Assembly (NCBI RefSeq): GCF_031769215.1
Contig: NW_026782361.1
Span: forward strand, 930,001-994,000
Source of the DNA: Ylistrum balloti
Lineage: Eukaryota
DNA: 64,000 bases
Direction of reading: 5' to 3'
The position numbers and the translations under genes were made by a program. Of the stretch, positions 12,585 to 23,983 are shown piece by piece (within the stretch, counting starts at the first letter, position 1; each line of letters starts with the position of its first letter). The notes below the pieces were generated by a model. The model was not told where the DNA came from, did not search any database, and was given only the letters and a program-made list of their open reading frames with translations.

Positions 12585-13560
12585 TGAACAGTGTTTGAAT
12601 ACCAGTCTGGACCTGTGTTGAGGTCCCTGAACAGTGTTTAAATACCAGTCTGGACCTTTGTTGAGGTCTCTGAATAGTGTTTAAATATCAGTCTGGACCT
12701 GTGTTGAGGTCCCTGAACAGTGTTTAAATATCAGTCTGGACCTGTGTTGAGGTCCCAGAACAGTGTTTAAATACCAGTCTGGACCTTTGTTGAGGTCTCT
12801 GAATACTGTTTAAATACCAGTCTGGACCTGTGTTGAGGTCCCTGAACAGTGTTTAAATATCAGTCTGGACCTGTGTTGAGGTCCCTGAACAGTGTTTAAA
12901 TATCAGTCTGGACCTGGGTTGAGGTCCCTGAACAGTGTTTAAATACCAGTCTAGTTCTGTGTTGAGGTCCCTGAACAGTGTTGGAATACCAGTCTGTTTC
13001 TGTGTTGCGGTCCCTGAACAGTTGTTGAAATACCAGTCTGGTTCTGTGTTGAGGTCCCTGAACAGTGTTGGAATACCAGTCTGGTTCTGTGTTGCGGTCC
13101 CTGAACAGTGTTGGAATACCAGTCTGGTTCTGTGTTGCGGTCCCTGAACAGTTGTTGAAATACCAGTCTGGTTCTGTGTTGAGGTCCCTGAACAGTGTTT
13201 AAATACCAGTCTGGACCTGTGTTGAGGTCCCTGAACAGTGTTTAAATATCAGTCTGGACCTGTGTTGAGGTCCCTGAACAGTGTTTAAATACCAGTCTAG
13301 TTCTGTGTTGAGGTCCCTGAACAGTGTTGGAATACCAGTCTGGACCTGGGTTGAGGTCCCTGAACAGTTGTTTAAATACCAGTCTGGTTCTGTGTTGAGG
13401 TCCCTGAACAGTGTTGGAATACCAGTCTGGTTCTGTGTTGCGGTCCCTGAACAGTTGTTGAAATACCAGTCTGGTTCTGTGTTGAGGTCCCTGAACAGTG
13501 TTGGAATACCAGTCTGGTTCTGTGTTGAGGTCCCTGAACAGTGTTGGAATACCAGTCTGG
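12585..13560. repeat. 43(44)-bp minisatellite, about 22 copies, with satellite islands at ~13729-13810 and ~14018-14090
   Basis: Unit GGACCTGTGTTGAGGTCCCTGAACAGTGTTTAAATACCAGTCT. ACCAGTCTGG recurs at 12601 and 12644. Confidence 0.95.
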
Positions 13561-14894
13561 ACATTTTAATAATTAGGAGGTCAATGCATCTGAACAACCT
13601 AATACACTTTATTGCAGTGGTCTTGGAAGTAAAGTTGCACATTTAAATACTTTCTTTTTTAAAAATGGTCCCATTGTATTTTATTTGAAATGACATGGAA
13701 ACTGCTGGTTCATAACAATACAAGGTTACCAGTCTGGTTCTGTGTTGAGGTCCCTGAACAGTGTTGGAATACCAGTCTGGTTCTGCGTTGCGGTCCCTGA
13801 ACAGTTGTTGAATAGCATACATGTGTATCTGAAAGGTTCCTGAACAAAAAAAATCATACCTAAGTTTTCCTCTGACCTTGACACATGAACTTAATATTCA
13901 GCATATACTGTAATTTAGCCTTGATGGAATTAAGCCTCTTTAACATCCTGGTTTATGTGATCACAATGGACTTTCTCATTGGACGCTAAATGGGATAACT
14001 TGTCCATATAACATTTGTGAACAGTTGTTTAAATACCAGTCTGGTTCTGTGTTAAGGTCCCTGAACAGTGTTGGAATACCAGTCTGGACCTTTTAATAAT
14101 TAGGAGGTCAATGCATCTGAACAACCTAATACACTTTATTGCAGTGGTCTTGGAAGTAAAGTTGTACATTTGAATACTTTCTTTTTTAAAAATGTAAATA
14201 AAAACTGATAACAATTGTCAATACTGCATTGTATTTTATTTGAAATGACATGGAAGGGACTGCTGGTCTCTAGTGAAGAAAATATAACAATACAAGGTTA
14301 CAACATCAAATGTGTAACATTATTTGACAGTTGACTTCTACAAACGTTTTCAATGTGAAATTTCAAACTATTTGCTCTTCTGGGTAATATCCTCCATTAT
14401 TGCACAATAAAGCATACATGTGTATAACTGAAACAATTCCAGTACAAAAAAAATCATACCTAATTGTTTTCCTCTGACCTTGACACATGAACTTAATATT
14501 CAGCATATACTGTAATTTAACCTTGATGGAATTAAGCCTCTTTAACATCCTGATTTATGTGATCACAATGGACTTTCTCATTGGACGCTAAATGGGATAA
14601 CTTGTCCATATAACATTTGTGAGAGAAATTTAGTGACAACATAATATCATTATTATTATTTTTTTATTATATTGGGAGTAGCACTATACTATAAAAAATG
14701 GAAAAGTGTAAATTCATTGAATATAAAACAATTAGTAACAGAAACTGATGAAAATACAATCACGGACCAAAATACAATTTCACAACAAACCTAAGTAATG
14801 TGGTGATATAGACACACAATTAATGAAACAATAGCCATCAAATCAATTAGAAATTATTCAACTATCTCTAGACATGACCAAGCCATACATTTTT

Positions 14895-16915
14895 GTACAC
14901 AGTAACCTTCTTAGTCAGGACTCCATGGGTCCTGTGTACACAGTAACCTTCTTAGTCAGGACTCCATGGGTCCTGTGTACACAGTAACCTTCTTAGTCAG
15001 GACTCCATGGGTCCTGTGTACACAGTAACCTTGTTAGTCAGGACTCCATGGGTCCTGTGTACACAGTAACCTTGTTAGTCAGGACTCCATGGGTCCTGTG
15101 TTTACAGTAACCTTCTTAGTCAGGACTCCATGGGTCCTGTGTACACAGTAACCTTCTTAGTCAGGACTCCATGGGTCCTGTGTTTACAGTAACCTTCTTA
15201 GTCAGGACTCCATGGGTCCTGTGTACACAGTAACCTTCTTAGTCAGGACTCCATGGGTCCTGTGTACACAGTAACCTTCTTAGTCAGGACTCCATGGGTC
15301 CTGTGTACACAGTAACCTTCTTAGTCAGGACTCCATGGGTCCTGTGTACACAGTAACCTTTTTAGTCAGGACTCCATGGGTCCTGTGTACACAGTAACCT
15401 TCTTAGTCAGGACTCCATGGGTCCTGTGTTTACAGTAACCTTCTTAGTCAGGACTCCATGGGTCCTGTGTACACAGTAACCTTCTTAGTCAGGACTCCAT
15501 GGGTCCTGTGTACACAGTAACCTTCTTAGTCAGGACTCCAGGGTCCTGTGTACACAGTAACCTTCTTAGTCAGGACTCCATGGGTCCTGTGTACACAGTA
15601 ACCTTCTTAGTCAGGACTCCATGGGTCCTGTGTACACAGTAACCTTCTTAGTCAGGACTCCATGGGTCCTGTGTACACAGTAACCTTCTTAGTCAGGACT
15701 CCATGGGTCCTGTGTACACAGTAACCTTCTTAGTCAGGACTCCATGGGTCCTGTGTACACAGTAACCTTCTTAGTCAGGACTCCATGGGTCCTGTGTACA
15801 CAGTAACCTTCTTAGTCAGGACTCCATGGGTCCTGTGTACACAGTAACCTTCTTAGTCAGGACTCCATGGGTCCTGTGTACACAGTAACCTTCTTAGTCA
15901 GGACTCCATGGGTCCTGTGTACACAGTAACCTTCTTAGTCAGGACTCCATGGGTCCTGTGTACACAGTAACCTTCTTAGTCAGGACTCCATGGGTCCTGT
16001 GTACACAGTAACCTTCTTAGTCAGGACTCCATGGGTCCTGTGTACACAGTAACCTTCTTAGTCAGGACTCCATGGGTCCTGTGTACACAGTAACCTTCTT
16101 AGTCAGGACTCCATGGGTCCTGTGTACACAGTAACCTTCTTAGTCAGGACTCCATGGGTCCTGTGTTTACAGTAACCTTCTTAGTCAGGACTCCATGGGT
16201 CCTGTGTACACAGTAACCTTCTTAGTCAGGACTCCATGGGTCCTGGGTACACAGTAACCTTCTTAGTCAGGACTCCATGGGTCCTGTGTACACAGTAACC
16301 TTCTTAGTCAGGACTCCATGGGTCCTGTGTACACAGTAACCTTCTTAGTCAGGACTCCATGGGTCCTGTGTACACAGTAACCTTCTTAGTCAGGACTCCA
16401 TGGGTCCTGTGTACACAGTAACCTTCTTAGTCAGGACTCCATGGGTCCTGTGTACACAGTAACCTTCTTAGTCAGGACTCCATGGGTCCTGTGTACACAG
16501 TAACCTTCTTAGTCAGGACTCCATGGGTCCTGTGTTTACAGTAACCTTCTTAGTCAGGACTCCATGGGTCCTGTGTACACAGTAACCTTCTTAGTCAGGA
16601 CTCCATGGGTCCTGTGTTTACAGTAACCTTCTTAGTCAGGACTCCATGGGTCCTGTGTTTACAGTAACCTTCTTAGTCAGGACTCCATGGGTCCTGTGTA
16701 CACAGTAACCTTCTTAGTCAGGACTCCATGGGTCCTGTGTTTACAGTAACCTTCTTAGTCAGGACTCCATGGGTCCTGTGTACACAGTAACCTTCTTAGT
16801 CCTGTGTACACAGTAACCTTCTTAGTCAGGACTCCATGGGTCCTGTGTACACAGTAACCTTCTTAGTCAGGATTCCATCGGTCCTGTGTACACAGAACCT
16901 TCTTAATCAGGACTC
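14895..16915. repeat. 41-bp satellite type A, about 49 near-identical copies
   Basis: Unit ACAGTAACCTTCTTAGTCAGGACTCCATGGGTCCTGTGTAC. AGTAACC recurs at 14901 and 14942. No spacers. Confidence 0.97.
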
Positions 16916-18150
16916 TTTGTGTTCTTTTTACATTGGAACCTCCTTAGTGACAACTCTCTGTGTTCTCTGTACACAGTAACCTTCTAAGTCATGACTCTGT
17001 GTTTTCTGTCAACAGTGATCTCCTTAAGTCACCACTCTCTGTGTTCTCTGTCCACAGTAATCTCCTTAAGGTATCACTCTCTGTGTTCTTTGTACACAGT
17101 AATCTCCTTAGTCACCACTCTCTGTGTTCTTTGTACACAGTAATCTCCTTAGTCACCACTCTCTGTGTTCTCTGTCCACAGTAATCTCCTTAGTCACCAC
17201 TCTCTGTGTTCTTTGTACACAGTAATCTCCTTAGTCACCACTCTCTGTGTTCTTTGTACACAGTAATCTCCTTAGTCACCACTCTCTGTGTTCTTTGTAC
17301 ACAGTAATCTCCTTAGTCACCACTCTCTGTGTTCTCTGTCCACAGTAATCTCCTTAAGGTATCACTCTCTGTGTTCTTTGTACACAGTAATCTCCTTAGT
17401 CACCACTCTCTGTGTTCTTTGTACACAGTAATCTCCTTAGTCACCACTCTCTGTGTTCTCTGTCCACAGTAATCTCCTTAGTCACCATTCTCTGTGTTCT
17501 TTGTACACAGTAATCTCCTTAGTCACCACTCTCTGTGTTCTCTGTACACGGTAATCTCCTTAAGTCATGACTCTCTGTGTTCTTTGTACACAGTAATCTC
17601 CTTAGTCACCACTCTCTGTGTTCTCTGTACACGGTAATCTCCTTAAGTCATGACTCTCTGTGTTCTTTGTACACAGTAATCTCCTTAGTCACCACTCTCT
17701 GTGTTCTCTGTCCACAGTAATCTCCTTAAGGTATCACTCTCTGTGTTCTTTGTACACAGTAATCTCCTTAGTCACCACTCTCTGTGTTCTTTGTACACAG
17801 TAATCTCCTTAGTCACCACTCTGTGTTCTCTGTCCACAGTAATCTCCTTAGTCACCACTCTCTGTGTTCTCTGTACACAGTAATCTCCTTAGTCACCACT
17901 CTCTGTGTTCTCTGTCCACAGTAATCTCCTTAGTCACCACTCTCTGTGTTCTCTGTACACGGTAATCTCCTTAAGTCATGACTCTCTGTGTTCTTTGTAG
18001 ACAGTATACTCCTTAGTCATGACTCTTTGCGTTCTGTGTACACAGGAACCTTTCTAGTCAGGACTCCTAAGAATTCTTCGTACAGAGAAAACTCCTTAGA
18101 CAGGACTGTATTGATTCTGTGTACACAGAATTATTCATAGTCAGGACAAA
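16916..18150. repeat. 41-bp satellite type B, about 27 copies, related to type A and more diverged, with type-A-like units at the right edge
   Basis: Unit ACAGTAATCTCCTTAGTCACCACTCTCTGTGTTCTTTGTAC. AATCTCC recurs at 17101 and 17142. Confidence 0.93.
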
Positions 18151-20204
18151 GGATTTTTCTGTGGGGACTCCATAGTTAAGATATGTAAAGGACAGTTGTT
18201 GGCTTTGTCTGGTTGATTTCAGTGCAAAGTAAAAGTCAGCATCAAATAAAATTTGAATTCTTATACAGGTAATTGACAACAGATTTCACCAGGGCAACAT
18301 TCAACAGAAATATATGACTACAAAATGTGTAGAGAAATCAGCTTGTACATTTTACTGATTAAAAAAATATCATAAATTATTTTAAAACAACCATTCACAA
18401 TAACAATACAGTAAAAATGCATGTGCTTAATAATCTACATGCATTATATATTAGCCCAAGTGTTCAGTCTCTAAAACATCTTATTGTAAAATTTTCCTTA
18501 ACTTATATTAGAGCTATTTCTATTGTTATTATTTCTGGTTGTTTTAAGCTTTTTAGAGACTTACTATTGTCTAATTATACTGATACAAAATACAAAAATT
18601 TTTGAAATGGTTAACAACAAATAACAACACTGTGTAAATGTGTTGAAAAGAAATCTTCCTTCTGATACAGAAGTATGAATACTACAAAACATCTCAGAAT
18701 GTTTACCAACAAAGGACAACAATACAACTGTGAATACATATAAGCTTAAGGAATGTTTGAATTGCACAATTTCCTCCATTTTGTATTGAGCCAAAGGTAC
18801 AAAGCCTTGATACACCTAAAAGCGATAGTTTACATTTTCCTCACCATGAAATGGCCTCACTGAAATGTACCATGACCAATAAAAACGGAATCACAATAAA
18901 AAGCATATACAACATAAAAGTATATATTTACTACAATCAGCCTATTATCCAGTGAATTTGCACATGTCTTATCTTTGTACATCACTTGTGTAATTTACCC
19001 TAGAGTTTTTTGTGGCTGTTTTCTATTGATTTCGTTTTCTACATTTTTACATTAAAACCTGTCAAAAGTTAGTTATTTGAGTTATGTGATAAAATGTATC
19101 TGAATTTGTTTTTTGTAATATTTTGAATGAGATTTCATGAAACTTGTCTTGAAGTTTAAATTTTTGCTTGCCAATTAAAGGCTCAAAAAAATAAAATCTC
19201 TTCTGACTTGTCTCATAGAATCTCATACGAAATATTACAAAAAAATTCATATACCATACAAAGTGTTGATATGTAAATGGTATCATATATATATATATAC
19301 ACACAAAGGCTTAGAACAATAAAGTGAGTATTATATTTCAATTTCAGTATCAAATAAGCTGTTTTACCTACTCCTATTCTGTATGATGCACCTTAATCTT
19401 CATTTCGAGAGTTTGAGATTCAAATGCTATCATTAGATGAAAATTAATTTTACTCTGTAAGGAGTAAAGTGTGGAAATTGTAAGTTTCATCTACCCAGCA
19501 TTCAAATTAGTTCAGGTTTGAAATTTTCAAAAGTAAAATTTTAGATATTGGAATTTAAATTAATCAACTGAAAGCAGAAATAAATGGCATTATTTGCCCT
19601 TTTTTTCTCAATAATTGAATTAATGAAATTGAATTTGCTTACAGCAATGACTCCATTATTCCGATACCTCAAACAGTTACCTCCCTTCCCTCATTCCATC
19701 AGTACAAAGATGGTAAAGCGATAAGATCATCTGCCCAGGGCAGCTGAGAATGTGATCACCTGGTCATCCAGGTCAAATTGTTTACAAATGTAATTGTAAA
19801 ATACAATGAAACAGTACAACTTAGCAAAAGTAACAAAGAAGTCTGAACATCCTCGATACTCCAGGGGTTACGATCATTTTTGCTCTCTGCACCCCTGGAA
19901 AATGTCATTGCAAAATGTGAAATGCAAAATACCTTACTTACCTAGAATTTACAGTGGAATGAATATTATTGACAACTGACATCTTAATATGCATAACATG
20001 ATTTTCTTTTTAGTTAAAATACAAGAAAATATTAAGGTATCAATAATCTATTATGGAAAATTTTCATTGTTTTCATGGCATCAATCAAGGTAAAACGATT
20101 AGATGATGAATTATATCTGATCATCATCTAATCACTACTGTACAGTCCTGAAGTCATACTGTCAGTGATGGCCTTCACCTAAGTTCTCTTTTTATACCCT
20201 GGTT

Positions 20205-22424
20205 TTAAGTTATTAAACACTGCGTGTGACTGTGCAGTCCCCCAATGTTACTGTCAGTGACAGCCTTCACCCAAACTTTTACTGTGGGCCCTGTATCAGA
20301 AGCTGATACCAGAAGAGATGTACCTGACACTATGAATAGTATGTCATCCACACCAGCTTGTACTACTCTCACCTCATAATTTATACTACTAAAATCTAAA
20401 CAGTCCAAATTTTCTGGTGGTTCCCACTGTATATTAAACACCATAGATCCCTTTTCTACATTTCCTAATTGTTTTATATTTCTGTCTTTGGCATCAGACT
20501 CAGAATTAATCTTATCACATTGGATGTTGGCCACCTTGGCTGGAAACATACGAAGATCCTCACTAGCAACTGGTGCATTCAAAGATGTTGTGACAAGTCT
20601 GGTGATGGTGGGAATATCTACCTCTGTATCCTGATAAATGTGGTACAACCAGGAAGGGTCACTACAACAAAGGTGCTCCCGCACTTCAGTCTCTGCCACT
20701 ATGGCTGCCTGCTCTTGTGATGATAAATGACTGATACCCCCGATGTCTGCTGACCAGTCGGGATGTCCTACAGATTTTGATTTATCCATGTTCTGCCAGG
20801 CTGAGTAGACCAGCTCCATCCCTGGTAACTCAGCTAGAGTCCTGAAAGGAGAGTACTTTTCAGGAGAGACAGCATAAGGGAACAACTCAATAACAAAGGA
20901 TCCAGGCTTCAGAAAGGCAGCAAGTGACATAAGTGATCCATGCATTCCAACAAGACCACGGGAAAATTTAACATACTGTATGATTTCTCTAAAGCTGTGA
21001 GTTTCCAAACTTAGCATGAACACTTTCATGTTTACATCAGCAGAAAGAGAAAGCATCAGTTCCATTTCATTGATAATGAGGCGATTGTCTTTCCTAGAGA
21101 GCAGAACAAAATAATCACCAGAAGAAAGTACCATGTTGGGAGGGTTTAGTATATTGAGTTGACTGACAATGTAATTAACTGTGCTGTGTATGAGAAATCC
21201 TGAGGCTGATGTGCCTTCTATAGGTGCCTGGGGTAAAAGGTAGCCATATTTGTACCATACAGTTTCCATTGACAATCCAACGTAAGAATACTCAAAACAA
21301 AGCGATTGTTCCTGACTGAAGTCTGTGACATACATAGGAGGTTTAGTGGTGAAGAGGGTATACAAGTCTGCAAAGTCCCCACGATCCCATCCTTCCACGA
21401 ACACCAGCTGGACATCATACTTGTCCAAAGAATTTTGTCCACTGATGAAATTCAGTGTGAAGTGTAGTGGGAAAATATCATCATGGAGAACATGCATGAT
21501 ATTGTCAGGTTTAAACCTACTGAAGATCATGCTTTGACCCTTGATCCACCTGACCTTTGAATTATTAAACATTGATGACCTGACATCTACTAAGTTAGCA
21601 GTATGACCATTGTAACCAACAACAGTAGAAAGATGTAGCCATGGCCTGCTGTTTTTACCAAGTTGTGATCTATCCACCACACTTTGATCACTGTGATAAA
21701 AGAAGAAAGTTTCTTTCAAAGGGCTGTAACATAGGTTCTTAAAACGACACATTTTTCTTATTTCTGAACTGCCATGACACCATACAGAGGTCGCTATTTG
21801 TGATATATCATTCTGTGATGATTTCTCGTTCTTATGTGATTTGTCAGTTACTATGGCATGCACACTTCCATCAACATCCATCTCTGATGTCTTCTTGTTA
21901 GTGTGACCTTCACCTAAAGACTCACTGCTCAAAGATAAAACACTTGATGTTTCTGGGCTTGAAGCTTTGGTTTGCTCATATTCTTCAAAATACTTTCCAC
22001 TCTGAGCTTCTCCTTCTGCTTTGTTGCTATAAATTGCCAGACTACTTTGAATAAGGTCTGTTTCAAAATACTGGTCTGATTTACTACTAAAGTCTGTCCC
22101 AGAAAATTTATCTTTATGGGAATAAACCCTTTCACTGTCATACTTTGTTGCCCCTAAGTTGTCAATATCCTGGTTGCTGGCAGATTCTTCAAAGCTAGAC
22201 TGACTTGTAGCAATGTAGTTTATATCTTTTTCAATATTTCCTATATGGTCTCCAGGCTGGGGGCGATGAGAGAGTGGTGGGCTTGGGGGCTGAGAGAGAA
22301 TGGGGTGTGGATAGCAGTCCATTTGTAAATCCTCTACAAGTGACCTCAGATCTATATATTTCTTGACAACTACTGCCAAAATAGACAGCATGACAGCATG
22401 GGTGATGAAATGGAGATTCGTCAT
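20205..22424 (-). CDS. POMGNT2: protein O-mannose beta-1,4-N-acetylglucosaminyltransferase 2 (GT61 family), single coding exon, about 739 aa
   Basis: N-terminal TM (HAVMLSILAVVV), SVWCHG..RKMCRFKNLCYSP, RFKPDNIMHVLHDDIFPLHFTL, GLVGMHGS, CCSDPSWLYHIYQDTEVD and a C-terminal FN3-like region. First ATG is at 22424 (the ORF track starts at TTG 22454). Splice acceptor TTTTCAG precedes 22472. Confidence 0.92.
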   Translation of the reverse strand: MTNLHFITHAVMLSILAVVVKKYIDLRSLVEDLQMDCYPHPILSQPPSPPLSHRPQPGDHIGNIEKDINYIATSQSSFEESASNQDIDNLGATKYDSERVYSHKDKFSGTDFSSKSDQYFETDLIQSSLAIYSNKAEGEAQSGKYFEEYEQTKASSPETSSVLSLSSESLGEGHTNKKTSEMDVDGSVHAIVTDKSHKNEKSSQNDISQIATSVWCHGSSEIRKMCRFKNLCYSPLKETFFFYHSDQSVVDRSQLGKNSRPWLHLSTVVGYNGHTANLVDVRSSMFNNSKVRWIKGQSMIFSRFKPDNIMHVLHDDIFPLHFTLNFISGQNSLDKYDVQLVFVEGWDRGDFADLYTLFTTKPPMYVTDFSQEQSLCFEYSYVGLSMETVWYKYGYLLPQAPIEGTSASGFLIHSTVNYIVSQLNILNPPNMVLSSGDYFVLLSRKDNRLIINEMELMLSLSADVNMKVFMLSLETHSFREIIQYVKFSRGLVGMHGSLMSLAAFLKPGSFVIELFPYAVSPEKYSPFRTLAELPGMELVYSAWQNMDKSKSVGHPDWSADIGGISHLSSQEQAAIVAETEVREHLCCSDPSWLYHIYQDTEVDIPTITRLVTTSLNAPVASEDLRMFPAKVANIQCDKINSESDAKDRNIKQLGNVEKGSMVFNIQWEPPENLDCLDFSSINYEVRVVQAGVDDILFIVSGTSLLVSASDTGPTVKVWVKAVTDSNIGGLHSHTQCLIT

Positions 22425-23519
22425 TCTTATTTTTTGGATTGGAGTTTGGTCCAATTAATTCACATGCCAGATCTGAAAATAAAAGAAACAACATTAAATT
22501 TTTTTGATTTTTTGCATTCATCATTTCAATTTCTGTATTCATCACTCTTTATTTCTTTGGGTTGATAGCCTCTTGGCGTGTGTGTGGGGTTCCATTGCTC
22601 TCAAACACACTTCATTACAGAGATATCAGGGCTTTTTTTGTTCTACCAGCTGAATCAGAGTTGTTTGTTGATGAAATAAGGGGTGGGCATACTAATTTTA
22701 GTATGCTTTCTGATGAGCTTAAAGCAAGCTTTTGAAACTAGTATTAATATTGGTGCGTTTATTCTGATTTATGCCTGAAATTATATTTTTTTATCTATCG
22801 ATGCACCACTCAAAATAAACAAGCACACCCCAGATCTTATTTATGCCATGACAAAAACTGATGTTTCAATGCACATAGGATTAGGTATGTATAACACCTA
22901 TTTCTTCAGCAGAGAAAACATTGCACTTATTCACATATGTACATCACCAAGCAAATTGCCACTGTTCACCATGTCTTCAGCTTTGTCACGCATACATGCA
23001 ATGTCAGTTCTGGAGGTCATAGTCGCAGTGTAAGTTATAACTGTTACTCACAGCGATGTAATCAAGCAAAGTACAATACACATGGTGGAGTCCATCATGA
23101 GTATAGCCAAAAGGGAAACCATTAAACATTTTCTTTTAAACTACATGTATAAGTGTCGTCAATTCCCCTGAAATTGTCTGACCAACCTGATATTGAACAT
23201 AGCATGACCTGCTTAAATTGGAAAAATGCTAATGTCATTTGATATTTAACTTTCGAGTTTTGATCTGTGTTTAAAAAGTTCAATTTTTATCATCCGATGT
23301 CGTGAAAATAAAAAACATACAGAACATATCAGGTAAATATGATATTGATTACAAAGTCTTTTCCTTGATGACCCTTTAATATAACGCTTAATCCTTGATT
23401 TTGAAATGCTATATTAGATGGTTAGGCATAAAGACTTGTCCTTATATATCTAGTGAATGTGCTTAAGTTAAAAAACGTATGTCGTGAACAATGCAGTCAC
23501 TCATGTCGGTCCATCTTAC

Positions 23520-23983
23520 CATTCAGCAATCAATATTGATAAAACAGAAACATTGTATTCATATCTAGGCGATATGAGTTGACATAATAAGGACAAATCC
23601 TCTCATTGCAGCTTGTTTCCAAAAGGCAATGTAGCCGGTGCCAGTGTTTTGCCTGCCTCTGTAAGTCAGTGTGCGCATGTCTGTCAAAGTGAAAGAAGAG
23701 TTCGATCGGTCAAAACAATAAGTTCATTAAAAGTGTCTGTTCGTTTTCGTTTTTGCACTGATTGTCTATTCTTGTCACGGAAAATTCCATGACAAGGATG
23801 CCTATCTATTTAATATTGCCTTCACTCTTCCATTTCCACACTGATCACTCTCAGTCTCAACGTCGGGTGTAAAGGCGTTATACCTACATTAGAACTCTTC
23901 TGTAAAGAAGATAATTAATCAACAGCTAGGAATTTTGAAGTTGAAATGTTCCGAAACTGAGATAATTACATGATTTGATGATA
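23520..23983. promoter_or_regulatory. probable bidirectional promoter / 5' UTR region shared by POMGNT2 (-) and CIBAR1 (+)
   Basis: CpG-richer stretch between divergent genes. A candidate minus-strand donor (ATG|GTAAGA) at 23520 would close a POMGNT2 5' UTR exon. Inference; no transcript data. Confidence 0.45.

Noticed and set aside
12935-14214. Repetitive ORFs (MFKYQSSSVLRSL..., HCSGTSTQNQTGI...)
   Set aside because: Translations of the 43-bp minisatellite; unit length is not a multiple of 3 and frames shift from unit to unit.
14895-18150. CRISPR-like regular 41-bp repeats with internal hairpins (also the 43-bp and 38-bp arrays)
   Set aside because: Units are contiguous with no unique spacers, there are no cas genes, and the context is a spliced animal genome.
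20469-22545. ORFs overlapping POMGNT2, and similar antisense or alternate-frame ORFs over ZFAT and NCDN exons
   Set aside because: Shadow ORFs of real coding exons with no independent homology.
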